The notes beneath the pieces are model-generated. The model ran no database searches. It was given only the letters and a program-made list of their open reading frames with translations, and was not told the origin of the DNA. A program made the translations under genes and the position numbers. A DNA stretch of 61,663 nucleotides, counting the filler, from Choristocarpus tenellus KU-1152 (Eukaryota; Protista; Phaeophyceae), in the NCBI GenBank assembly GCA_964200185.2. It is 7 parts of 7 records of this genome, joined end to end, with 100 filler letters (N's around TTAATTAATTAA, not from the genome) between each part and the next. Parts side by side here need not be neighbours in the genome. Positions count along the whole stretch, not along the records: positions 1 to 22,086 come from CAXNAD020000302.1; positions 22,187 to 31,284 come from CAXNAD020003985.1; 5 more parts are not named here. The stretch is one strand, 5' to 3'. The stretch's first letter is position 1, and every line of letters begins with the position of its first letter. Positions 13,350 to 25,300 of the stretch are shown piece by piece.

Positions 13350-15441
13350 TAACATCTGCAGGACGCTGTATGAGGAAGGAGAATGAAACCTGTCTGCAGA
13401 CAAAGGACTGATGTTAAGTTCACAATAGATCCCCCCCTCCTTGGTCCTTGGAGGAGTGTTGATGCAAGGTACAAGAGATACTAGGTCTTGGAAGATGCAA
13501 TGCTATGGTGTGCATCAGTTAACCATGAGGGTGTATAATGGGTGCCCATACTAGAGAGGCCAGGTCTTACTTACATATTGACCTCATTATCCCTTGTAGG
13601 TTTGTGACTCACAGTCCGAACATCAGATTACCAGCTATGGTATGCTATTCTATGTTGGGAATTGAATGATGATAGAGCATGGTTGGGTGTGGTCATGTGT
13701 GGACGGCCCAAGCAAATAGCTAAGCTTGAGTGTACTTGTGTTATTTCTGTTATACTTTGGAGCTAACCCAGATAGATTTGATTTTGCTTTTTTTTGCACA
13801 GTACAATACATAAGGGAGGTTCCATACACAATATCTTGTATTCTTGGTGCGATATTGTCTTCATCAAGTTGTACTCAACACCTGGCTTTGGGTAACCACA
13901 AAATGAACAAGGTTGAGATAAAATTGTCTTGAGTTGACTCTGTCTAAATTGATGCTTGACCTCATAATGTTCTTCATGTGCAAGATGCAGTAACAATGGT
14001 TTATGATGGTGAAAAAGCTTGGAGTACTGACAACCAGTACTATTTATACCGTTGAGTACTTTGTGCAGAGTCAAACAGACATGGTTTACAATACTTCGTG
14101 CATTGTGATGGGTGCAGTCCTCTATATTTTGAGTGAAAATAATCATTAGCGTGTTTGAATGCTGCATACTACCTCAGGTCTGTAAGTGGTGATCAACATT
14201 TTTTGAGGCATGTTTAAAGTTGGTATCTTGTTTCAATTAAAAGTTAAACCAGACTGTCTATTTCTTAGTACCCAATCAAATTGGTCTCTGGAAGGTTTCT
14301 CTGAAGCCTGAAGGGGACACTTGGCTTCATATGTTGTATTTTTGGGGGTGTGCAAGCTTGTTATCATCTTGTTCTCCTCGTCTGCCCAATGATACTTTTC
14401 CTCTAAGTGTGACTAGATTATATCTGAACAACAATATAAAGTGAATCCGTTGGTGTTCAAGTTGTTCTGGAGCCTGAACGTAATGGAGTTAACTTCTTAA
14501 AAGTTCAAGAACAGGAAAAAGGTGATAGGTGTTTAGCAAAACCCAAGCTACTTGGGTTAGTATTCCAATTTGTCAATGGTACAACAACCAAAATAGTGAC
14601 GGGAAAAGGGCTGTTTTAAACCCTCTTTGTGCCAGGTTGTGGAAGTTGTGAGCCACTTGATTGTTAGGTTGTCTTGATAATAAAATATCCCCAAGGTGAT
14701 TGCATTATGCTCGGAATATTCTTGCACTGACCTATTGCCTGCCAACCATTATAATGCTCTTTTGTCATGTATGGATTGAAATATTTGATATTAGTGTTAC
14801 TATCGTTACTTAAATTATTTCATATTTTGTCAGATGAGATTGTTTGGTTTGATAAATCTAGTTGTACACACACTACAAACACATTATGCTTGCCTTTGGT
14901 GTCATGTGAGTTACGTTTTTTTTGTAGAGTTTTGTATACAGATGACACATTTAAATTCATAGAGGTGTCACCATGTTTTTACTGTTCATCACAAAACGAT
15001 TTTCATATCTTAGCATATTCTAGTCCAGCTACACTAGCTGAACCTCTCCTCTGTTCAGAGTTTTTATATTTCATGTAGTTGATGGCTGGCTTCTGAGCTA
15101 GCTGCAGACACAAGAATGCAGGACACAACCTGCCCCATACCACAAATTCTCCCATTCGTCTGAGGGGTTTTCTACTTACTCAGTGATCAAGCGGTACCCA
15201 CCAAAATCAGACAAGTGATATTGGTAGGTGAAGTGCGGAGGCCTATTGACAAGAGACATTTCAATAAAAAAATTGGGATAATGTAACTTTTGAACAGAAG
15301 TCAGTTTTTGACAAGGGATGCAAAACGATTAGATAGTCCTGGAGCAACCTCTCTTCCAAATATGATGACCAAACTCAAAGAGACCTTGGGAAAGTTTGAG
15401 TGATTGAGGATCTTGAACAAGATGTTGAAGACCATCCATTG

Positions 15442-15627
15442 GTGTGTTTGAAAGGTGACCATATCAGCATCATGTTTCTACTCACTTTGTTGTGGAAGAA
15501 ATGTTCTTGCCTGTGGGAAGATTCTAATACTTTGGAATGATAGAAGCAAAATATTTGGGGAGAGTGTGTTTGAAAGGTGACCATATCAGCATCATGTTTC
15601 TGCTCACTTTGTTGTGGAAGAAATGTT
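15442..15627. repeat. Local direct duplication of ~64 bp
   Basis: GTGTGTTTGAAAGGTGACCATATCAGCATCATGTTTCTRCTCACTTTGTTGTGGAAGAAATGTT occurs at ~15442 and ~15563. Confidence 0.85.
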
Positions 15628-15928
15628 GTCAGTCATGTTTTGAATGGACGGCTGTTTGCTCTTCAAACCAGTCCTTCTTGGGCAAATGTTTTGACACCTG
15701 TGTATGGTGGTACGTTGCTGTTACCACCATAGGGTCCTTTGCATGATCTCCATCCAGCTAGAGTTTACAGCTTTGATTGAGCAAATGTATTGCAGAGGCT
15801 TCCACCGGATAAAACCGCTACACCACAGAAAACTTTGTATCATAGTTAAAGTATCAACTACCTGTTTGCTCTCAACTTATCTTTAGGTCTCTACAGACCT
15901 AATAGTGTCCCTGGTGGTTGTTCATAAC

Positions 15929-16131
15929 CAGTGCCTTTCACTACTAGACACACCATATACAGCTTGTCTAGAACTGATCCAAGAAATGGACGATAATATT
16001 GTGGACGAAATTTGATAGTGCTGGGTATCATCCAGAGTTTCACGAGGAGAAGGTTGCATTGCCTTGGACTGGAACAACCCTTTATGCACTTCCCACTTGT
16101 CAAAGGAACGTTTCATTATTGATTGCTGCTT
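15929..16131. repeat. 203-bp dispersed repeat, inverted partner of 5315-5517
   Basis: Near-identical reverse complement of 5315-5517, about 270 bp downstream of the DHX35 stop. Confidence 0.9.
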
Positions 16132-16397
16132 CGAACTGGGCAATTAACTACTTCATCACAACATGTTTCAAAATAATCATCAATGCCAATAGCACATAAT
16201 GGATCTTTCAGCATTAACTGAGTGACTGAACCCAACCAAAAATGACTGTGGTCTTCACACTTAGTAGAACAGATCTTCTTATTGGTTTTTTTCTTACTTT
16301 TACTTTGTTCATCAGAACAGATCAGAACAGGGTGAGCCCAGAGAGGAATGGGAACCAAATCAAAAGTACATTTTGTTATGAATACAATTGTTGCCAT

Positions 16398-19300
16398 TCA
16401 AGTGTTTTCTAGGCGTGACTTTTTCTCCTCTAATTGAGAATTTTGCTGTCCCAGCTGACCGGTTGTGGGCATCTCTGGCCCTAGTCTCCTTTTCCCCTTT
16501 TGACCAAATTGTCCAGCACCTTGTCTTGTAAACTCATAAAAGTGTGGGGCCAATTCAATCAGCCACCTAAAAGCACAGGGTGGTGAGGTGAAAACAGTTC
16601 AAAGATGCTACAATAATGATGTCACTTATTCACACAAAAAATCGAAATAACTGCCACATCTAGGTGCAAGAAAAAGGCTAACACCTGCACCAACACCTCC
16701 ATGAATTCCGAACATCAATTCAGCACCTGCTAGCACACTATGATATTAATGTTTGAAGAATAGGGAGGACACAACAGCCAACATTCCTCCTCATTCACAT
16801 GTGTGTCATTTACAGGAAGATAGTTAGGCAACAAAACAAAAATTCAAATACTCTCAAGCAGCTATGTTCCCAGTCAATACTATCACTACTACTAGCGCAA
16901 GTCATGTCTGGTATCAGGGTTGGGGCTCAGGGCATAGCGGGTGATAGGAAGAGATTACAACACAGGCATTGTTGGAACAGTTGTCATATGTAGGCAGTAT
17001 ACCCCACGATGTACTGAACTCCAACTCAATCTATCTTGAGAGCATCTATAAACACATCAAGGAGAGGAATACTGAAAAAAAAGTCTTACTTTTTGGATAA
17101 CTGATGAAATATTTCTATTTCCTAATTCAAGTAACATGATGGTAGTGTTGACTACAAAGGCTTATGAGTAGTCAAAAAAGCTCTTTCCATAAAAGTGCAC
17201 GATGTACCCTGAGTTCAGGTTGCTCCTCTCAGCCAATGCCCACCGTGAGGGTAGAGGTTTATATGGACTTGGGAAAAATATTTTAAAGCAATAGAGGGAG
17301 TCTAACAAAGTAAGGTAGATTGCACTCTTTCACAATGTGCCCCAAAACGTTCCAAAGGCAAACTGGTATATTTGAATAGATGGTTGCAAAGTTAAGTACA
17401 TACATTCCCAACAACCAGTTCTTACCTCGGGTCCACTGCACTAACATCCCTTGCAAATAGCTGTGAGGTCTTGGTCACTTCATGGAACACTATCCACTCA
17501 GGGGGTGAACCAAAGTGCGCAAGAACAGAAGAGGGGTGAATTGCCACCACCACACCATCACGGACAGTGCGGTATTGGCCATCTGGACCCATCCGGGCTG
17601 CGTTTGCAAAGAAACCAGCCACAAGGCACCTGATGGTGGTGATTCAGAAGGGTTGAGGTGGTATTAATACTGTGGGTCAGCATTGGTGAATAGTGAGGAA
17701 GTGGAGATATTTGCCGCACTGTTTTTCTCTACAAAAACCTCACCGACGCAGTGCATTGATGTCATCACCACAGCTAGACATGGAGGCACCTTCTGGTGCA
17801 AACCTCTTGCAGTAACTTGCATTGAATCACAAGGGGACAAAAGATTGCAGGGGGAACATAACTTCAAGAGTGAGTTGCGGGTCTCACAGAGTAGGCACAC
17901 TAAGGGGAACCAAAGCTCTTACCATGACAAGCATGACAAGCATGACAACCATGTGAGACCACATCTCCAGAAAGGGGTTTCTTGTCAGGCCACCAGTCTT
18001 CCCGAGGTCAAGGCCAGCAAGGTAAGCAAGCACTACATTAATTAATACCTGGCAAGCTGGGATCGAATCTCCCCCGCCCTGACAAGGGCTCGATAGTTAA
18101 GGCAGTTTTGTTCACACCAGTCAGCTGCACCAGATCCAATGTCCTGGAATGAGTTGAATACATTGAGGTAGGTGATGTGGTCCCCCTCTGTTACTGCAAA
18201 CTCTTCCATGGCCTCCTGTATCGCCTCTCGGCGCTCCTTACGTCCACCACGAGGCTGCAGGAATGGGTTCTGAACTGAAAGCATCGCTGCCACAGTCAGT
18301 GAGTCCTGTCAAGTGCATACAATTCATAAGGAAAATTCTATGCATACTCTTTAAGTGTGTGAGTAAGACAACAGTACTCTTTAGACTGAGGGATCCAACA
18401 AAAGATCCAGCACAAGATGTAACACAAGATGCAGTGCCCTGATCCAAACATAACATCCTCAAGAGCGTAGAGCTAACTTCAAGTAAAGTGCATTACCTCA
18501 ACACAGCCAAAGTCCCAAGATGCTGTGAGGAACTTAGCCACACAAGGTTCCACTGGGAATTCAGCAATGGTTGTCCCAAGGGGTTCAGTTAGGTGGCAGT
18601 CCTCATCAAGGGCGCCAAGTGCATAGAGAAGCTCAAGGGCACGGATCATGGCCTCTGCAGATGGTGGGGATAGAAATTCAAAGTGCAGAATGTCATCGAT
18701 TCCCATGGCCTTGAGCTGGAGGACAACCCAGCAGAGGTCTGATCTTTGCATTTCAGGCACAGTTTTGGATGGAAGGTTGATGTGGTAGTCCTTCTCAGTC
18801 ATAAGTCGGAGGCACTTCCCAGGGGCTACACGACCTGCACGACCTGCTCGCTGCTTTGCTGAAGCCTTAGATGTCACAGTTGTAAGGAGAGTCCCAAATC
18901 CCTGAGCTGGATCATAGAATGGAAGGCGAACAAAGCCAGGATCAACCACATATCGGATGCCATCAATTGTAACCGATGTCTCCGCAATGGTTGTTGCCAC
19001 CACCACTCGGCGAGCTCCCTGTGGACTCTTCTCAAATACCTTCATCTGCATCTTGACAGGTAGAGCTGAGTACAGCGGCAAAACCTGTAGAGGGCCTCCT
19101 CCACCTGTGCCACCCTTCCCCCTTGTGCTAAATTGCCTGGTTCCCATGGACTGTGGGGCTTGATCTCGCAGCATCTCCACCGCAGCGTCAATCTCCTCAG
19201 CTCCTGGGAGAAAGATGAGTATGTCCCCCACTGGTTCAGATGCATGGATAGCAAGAGCTGTGTCCACTGCTGCCTGAATGTAGTTTGACACAGGCTTCTG

Positions 19301-21170
19301 TGCATACAACACATCCACAGGATGCTGTCGACCGACAATTGACATGATTGTGGCTGTGTTTCCCTCACCGTTGTTGGATCTGTCATTATTACAACAACGA
19401 AGAAGATGCTAAGTTCTTGATTGAGATGTTACACCAAGGATTGTATAGATATCACTCCATTAAACTACAAACTAGAGAGGTAAAGACTCACAGTAACTGG
19501 AAGTGAAACGCGTAGCTGTTGGAGTGCAACTGTTGAAGTATATGCACAAAAAACATTGAGGAGCACCCCACTGTGCCCTCCAATTTGTCTTCCAGATTGT
19601 ACAACACAATTCTCAGGTTTGCTTGAGAGATTCAATTACATGCACAGGGGCTTCTGCAAGAAGTTCTCACCAATGTTCCTAAACACAATTGCAACAATGC
19701 TATCCTTGCTTGGCAATAAGAGCTCGCCTGTCAGTCTCAAAAAACTCAAGAAATTCCTCAGCATCCAACGTGGCTGAAGCCACAATGACCCGAAGCTCCT
19801 GGGAAGACAGGGCATCAGTGACGTGAAAAAAGCATAGCTGGAGTCAACAAAAAATTCATGCAGATTTGGCATCATCACTTGCTTTTCAATAATCACTATA
19901 CCTTTCTCTTTCTCATAACTTTCTTGAGCAGACCAAACAGGATATCATTGTAAATAGTCCTTTCGTGAGCCTCGTCCAGCATGACCACACTGTATGCTGA
20001 AAGTAACGGGTCCAGCATCATCTCCCGAAATAGCATTCCATCTGTGCAGAACTTCACCTTGGTTCTTGCCCCTGCCCTGTCAAATCAAAGACCCAACAAC
20101 GCAAAACAATTAGAACACAAAGACCACTTCAAGGCAATCTATAGGAACTACTGACTTTGTTGTACCACACCATGACACACATTATAAAAAAAATGTCTCC
20201 GCTCATCAAGAGGCAAATAAGATTACTTTGGAGCATGCATGGCAAGCTGTCCTCTTGCTTGGTTATGTCTCTGAGCCTTGCAACCTTGTGCTGGTATCCG
20301 TTCAACAACCTAAGGTCCAAGGAATACGGAAGGCTCTTAATGTATCGGTGCAAACCCCATGGTGGACTATGCAGAGAGAGGCCCAGGAAAATCGTTGCTA
20401 CTATATTTCATTGGCATGCCTTCGGGTAACATGGTTGAAGCAATATTGTGTCACAACTTTTCAACATGTGCCTCCACATGTTGGGGACAAGAAATCCCAG
20501 AATCCAGAGTGAGGAAAGGGACAGGGCCTACCAGGAAAACAAGCGAAAGAGTACCTGATGTCAAATCTAACAGCGTAGCCGACTTCTTCCCCCATTCGAG
20601 CCCCCATCTCTTCAGCCACCCTGGCTGCCACGGTAAGGGCCGCCACACGTCGGGGCTGCGTACACACCACGGCGCGGTTTCCTGCAGTCCAGCCTGCCTC
20701 GTGTAAATATTGCGGTATCTGCACAGGAGCGATAAAGCAGAAGTCAATACTCCAGCGTCCCAAACACACACTGTGTTGCACCATTCGCTACACTTGTGAT
20801 CCTAAAAACCGCAGGTGTGCAGCTAGCAGTGCCAATTTGTCAGTGGAGCAACATTGTTTTAGTCTCTATTGACAGTGATTGAGCCTAGTCAAGTCCGTAG
20901 GTTGCCTTCCCTTTATTAGTAGTGCAGCTAATTCTGTATAACGCCCACCTGTGTTGTCTTTCCACAACCTGTCTCTCCCACGATAATGATTGTGCGATAC
21001 TTCTCCAGGGCGTACAGTAGGCTTCGACGATGTCGGTGTATGGGTAGTGCTTTTCTTTGGGCAGTCAACGGTAAGTGGGCCAAACTCTTGCCAATAACAT
21101 GAACTGTCTCTTCCCCACGTTCTCCTCCTCCGAGACCTGGTCCCAAAGATCCTGGCTTCCAGAAAGCCAT
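16398..21170 (-). CDS. DHX35: DEAH-box RNA helicase DHX35
   Basis: Exons (minus): 21170-20949, 20718-20555, 20076-19902, 19798-19728, 19379-18497, 18305-18049, 17815-17744, 17629-17426, 16566-16398; the phases are consistent. Motifs [62 protein letters not shown] and [10 protein letters not shown]. Intron 4 needs a GC donor. Confidence 0.93.
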
Positions 21171-22030
21171 GCTTAGGCAATAACAAGTCAAATAATTGAT
21201 AGCGTGCCTGACCGTCGAAATCACTTGAACACGACAGTAGTGGATATCTGTGGACACCCAATCGCGGTCATTTCAAGGCACTAAATAGGAGGACCTGCAC
21301 AAAGAGAAAAATTACTGACTGCCTAAGCGACAGATAAGTGGTTCTACTACCACTTGTATTGTACTTGGCATAGCTGCAAGGAAATGGTTGAGTAACCAAA
21401 ATGGATGAGGACAAGGGTTTTTATAGTCTATGTAAGGCAGTTTGATGTAGTTTCTCTTTTTCGCTATCTATTATGTCCCTCACTACACCGCTGCTATTGT
21501 CTGAGGTTAAGGTGACAGTTACCAGCATGAATTTCGGGGGTTCGAACTCCTTCGATGCGAGAACCTTATTTCATGGAAATTTAGTTTGGATGATACTATT
21601 TCACCTGTGTGCCAAGTACAACGGATTGCACATCTGCACTATTGATATATATCTTGCCTAAAATACCTACACCACAAAAACAAGGACAAAGATGGAGGTG
21701 GAAACTTTCCGAAGGTTCAGTAGAAGATTCGAGGGAGAAGATGGAGCAACGTCGGTGGTGGGAGTAACCAGTGAGCGAGAGGCAAGGCAAAAACAGGCAG
21801 TACAATTAATCTTAGTGCAAAAGTCAGTCAATAGTACTTGGTATGAGAAGTAGAGCTGTTTGTTGTGCCTCTGACTACGACTCATGGGATCATCCCCGGA
21901 CTACAATAACATCTTGTGATCCATTTTAAACTGCATACGACATGTAATTGTGCACTGCAAACACCATTCACCAAGAACGTCAAACTCGTGAGTAGGTGCA
22001 TAATCAGTCTTAGTAGGTCATTTTCCAAGT

Positions 22031-22086
22031 GAGTGAAACTATCTTAGAGGGTACGAATTTTTCCCTGTTTGTCCATTTGTGGGGCT
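22031..22086 (-). mobile_element. MITE family A, truncated at contig end
   Basis: GAGTGAAACTATCTTAGAGGGTACG...GTCCATTTG runs into the N linker. Confidence 0.8.
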
Positions 22087-22186
22087 NNNNNNNNNNNNNN
22101 NNNNNNNNNNNNNNNNNNNNNNNNNNNNNNTTAATTAATTAANNNNNNNNNNNNNNNNNNNNNNNNNNNNNNNNNNNNNNNNNNNN
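22087..22186. other. Artificial contig linker
   Basis: 44 N + TTAATTAATTAA (stops in all six frames) + 44 N. Identical linkers lie at 31285-31384, 35196-35295, 46694-46793, 51143-51242 and 57599-57698. Confidence 0.97.
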
Positions 22187-22371
22187 TCCTCCCCCTGCCA
22201 CCACACGAAATTCTGCACGTCACCTGAAGCAATAATGGGCGCCGACTCTGGTAAGCATGTTACCGGGAGTTCAAGAGACACACGAACAACCTGCTTGAAC
22301 CTAGTACTGGACAAAGGAGACATCATCAATAAAAACACTCCCGTATCCTCTGTTTGCCATTGGTCAATCAT

Positions 22372-25300
22372 TACTTTGTCAACGTGTGCGCCCACCCACC
22401 TCCTTCCCGCCCCCCGTCCCGATTATCTTCTTACTCTTATTCATCACCCCCTTCATCCTCCTCTCTATCATGCTCTTCACCATCCTCTTCTTCCTCCTCG
22501 TCCTCGTCCGCGTTGCTGACATACTCCGGGTCATCTTCCATGGCAGAATCACCTGCGCCCCTCCATACCTTGCGACCTTTCCCCTTTCAACCCGTGCGGG
22601 AAGAGGGACACTTGCGCTTTCTAGTGCTCATTGGCGTCAATTCCGAGTCCGAATCCAGCATTTTGAACCCACGAGAACGCACTACCCTAAGACCTGGGAG
22701 TACGTTGAATGGTAATCTGGTGTCATTCTTTGCCCGGGGTTTGTACACCCTCCCGACCACGGGCGTGACGAACATCTCCCCGGGGCCAACCTGGGAGAAG
22801 GGGAGGAGGACCTGTTGACGGCTTCCGCTCTGTGGCACTTTTGACGTGAATTCAATGTTGGCGTCGTCTGCCTTCTCGGTCCAACGCATGTAGTACAGAG
22901 GGCAAGTGGCTGCCACACGCAAGTAGAGCTCTGCGCCCGGCCCACACACCTCCATTCCAGGCGAAAGCACGCGCTTGAGCTGTCTGTTGTTGGCCACATG
23001 AAGCAGACGAATGTACTGTTCTTCTTGGTCTTCAAGAGAGATCGAACTAAAGGCCTCTGATCGAGAGTTGCACACTTCGAGATCACCCCATGCAGGAAGG
23101 TCATTTCCGTCGACTTTGTAGTCTTTCCCTTCAAGCGGGAATAAGGCCATTTCCGCGGGAATTCGAGGACGAGCTTGCACGCGGCTGAATATTGCGGAAG
23201 ACAAAGACGGCAGTGGGATTGGGTGGGGTCGAGGGTTGTTGGGGTGGGAGGCAGAGTACAGCGATTCATGAATGTTCGTGATTTGGAGGTAATATCGTCC
23301 GAAGAAGGTGTTGCAAAACGTCAACCTTATTGTGGCAAAAAGTTGAACACACTACCGATCCAATACTTACCTGTAAGGCCCATAGTTTTCTACGCGACGT
23401 ATTTGGGTGCCGCATTAGGTAGGTTAGGACTAGGGAATAAAAAAAATAGTCTATTCTGCGTGCCGGTAACTAAACTCTGCCGTTCGTTCTTCACAAAATA
23501 CGTAACTTAGTGCATTCTATACCACATTCATCTCGATCTGGTAGCCGAAGTCCGTCGCCACCGTCTTCGCAACGAAAATGGTCGCCTCATCGCGTCCCAT
23601 TGCCTTTCCCTGAGGATTGACGGCCTCAGCAAAACATCGCTGCGTCTCCGTTGGGACGAGGGTCTGCCCCAAGGCTTCCGGCAGGCAGGAAGGGCCTATC
23701 ACGCATTCTTGAACAAGAGACGTGGATACCTGGAACATCATGTGCGTACATGCGTACATGTGACAGTCCAACAATGTGGCAGTGAAGTGGGTTAGCCATG
23801 CGATAAGGTTTCGTCACATATGTATGGGTTATTCCGGCGTTGGTTAAAGATGTTGTGGTGTACTGCAGCACGTTTGTTTTTTGTTCGTGCGGGGAAGGAG
23901 GACATTACGACGTACCGACGCTCATACCAATGTCTTGGGGACTCGCGACTTCCAGCGGTATTGTGGGTAACTGCGTGCACCCTGTTAGCAACGTGTAAAC
24001 ATCGACAAGGAAACATCACTAGTACAATTGCACGCCCGAGACCTATCCATAGGGAATGAAGATAGACAACAAGTTGGAAAGCAATGGGAAAAAAAGCCAG
24101 CACACCCTTCTTACCTTCCACTTGCCGTCCTTGCAGGCTTGGCCGAAGGACGTGTCCATCTTCTCTTTCACCTTGTCCTTTGACGCCGCGTTGGATACGA
24201 ACACCTCTACCCTCCTGCTCCGTTCAAGGGCCGCCTCCACCATATTGTGCCTCTCTACGCTGTAGGAGACGACGGTGTCCCCAGCATTCGTGTACCTATC
24301 ATAGGAGGGCAGTTTGTCAATTCTCCTGAGGAGAGTAAATTGTATTGCGCACGGATTCATCATATCGCAATGTATGAGTAACGCTCCGATACAGGGCAAC
24401 ACACTCTTGGTGCGGTTTGACGCTTAACGTACCGATTCTGGGAAACAAACTTGTGGGGTGGTTTGACGCCCCTGAACCGTCACCCAGCTCGTTCTGTTAC
24501 TGTTTAACGATCTCCCTCACCTGTACAAAAAACGTCGCTGCTTTTGTGAGGAAGGGTGTGTGTGACATTATTAACGAACCTGTTAACGAGGAAGTGGAGG
24601 GCCCTCATGGGGATGTCCGTTGCAGCACCTTCGTACTCGACGTCCAATATGGTTTGGAGTACCGGAGGAGATGCATCACGCCCGTGGCCAAAGATGTCGT
24701 CGACGGTGACTCGCTTGTTGCATGTGAACATTGTCCCATCGTTGTGCGCGAGAATAATAATGTCCTGACAACATCTGAGATGGTTATCAGTGCCTAAATG
24801 AGGGCGCCCCCCCACCCTCGTCTTGTATATTAGGGTTAGGGGATGATCCTCCATAATCAAGCCCACCTTCGACGCCATAAGAGCCTCTGAATGAATAGAA
24901 GGCGGGAGCAAGCGCGTGGGTCCGGCATGCGTCAAACTGGACAGTGACATCACACAAGTAGGTATCGTAGGGATTCATGAAATCTCATACCACTAACATT
25001 ATAATAGTACAATGAGTGTGGAACGCAAGGCAAATAACAAATGCAAAAAATGCAAAAAATGCAAACAATAGGAAATTAAGTAATAATAGAAGTAAATATG
25101 GCAAAAATAATGTAGTAAAGGCAAGTAACACCAGCATGCGATTCGCGGACAATGAAACAAAGAACTACAAAGGACCCGGGGGAAAGAGCAAGAGACACAA
25201 AAGGGAGTAGAAGGTACGAAGGACATGAAACAACATGGGGAAAGTGAAAAAGAAAGACACACGACCTAATCCGCATCTCCTGAACGGCCGCACAATATTC

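Noticed and set aside
21401-21852. Possible exons of a gene divergent from DHX35 (MDEDKGFYSL; MEVETFRRF...)
   Set aside because: No recognisable homology, and the contig ends shortly after.
22131-22142. TTAATTAATTAA palindrome repeated six times
   Set aside because: It is always centred in identical N runs, so it is an artificial six-frame-stop linker.
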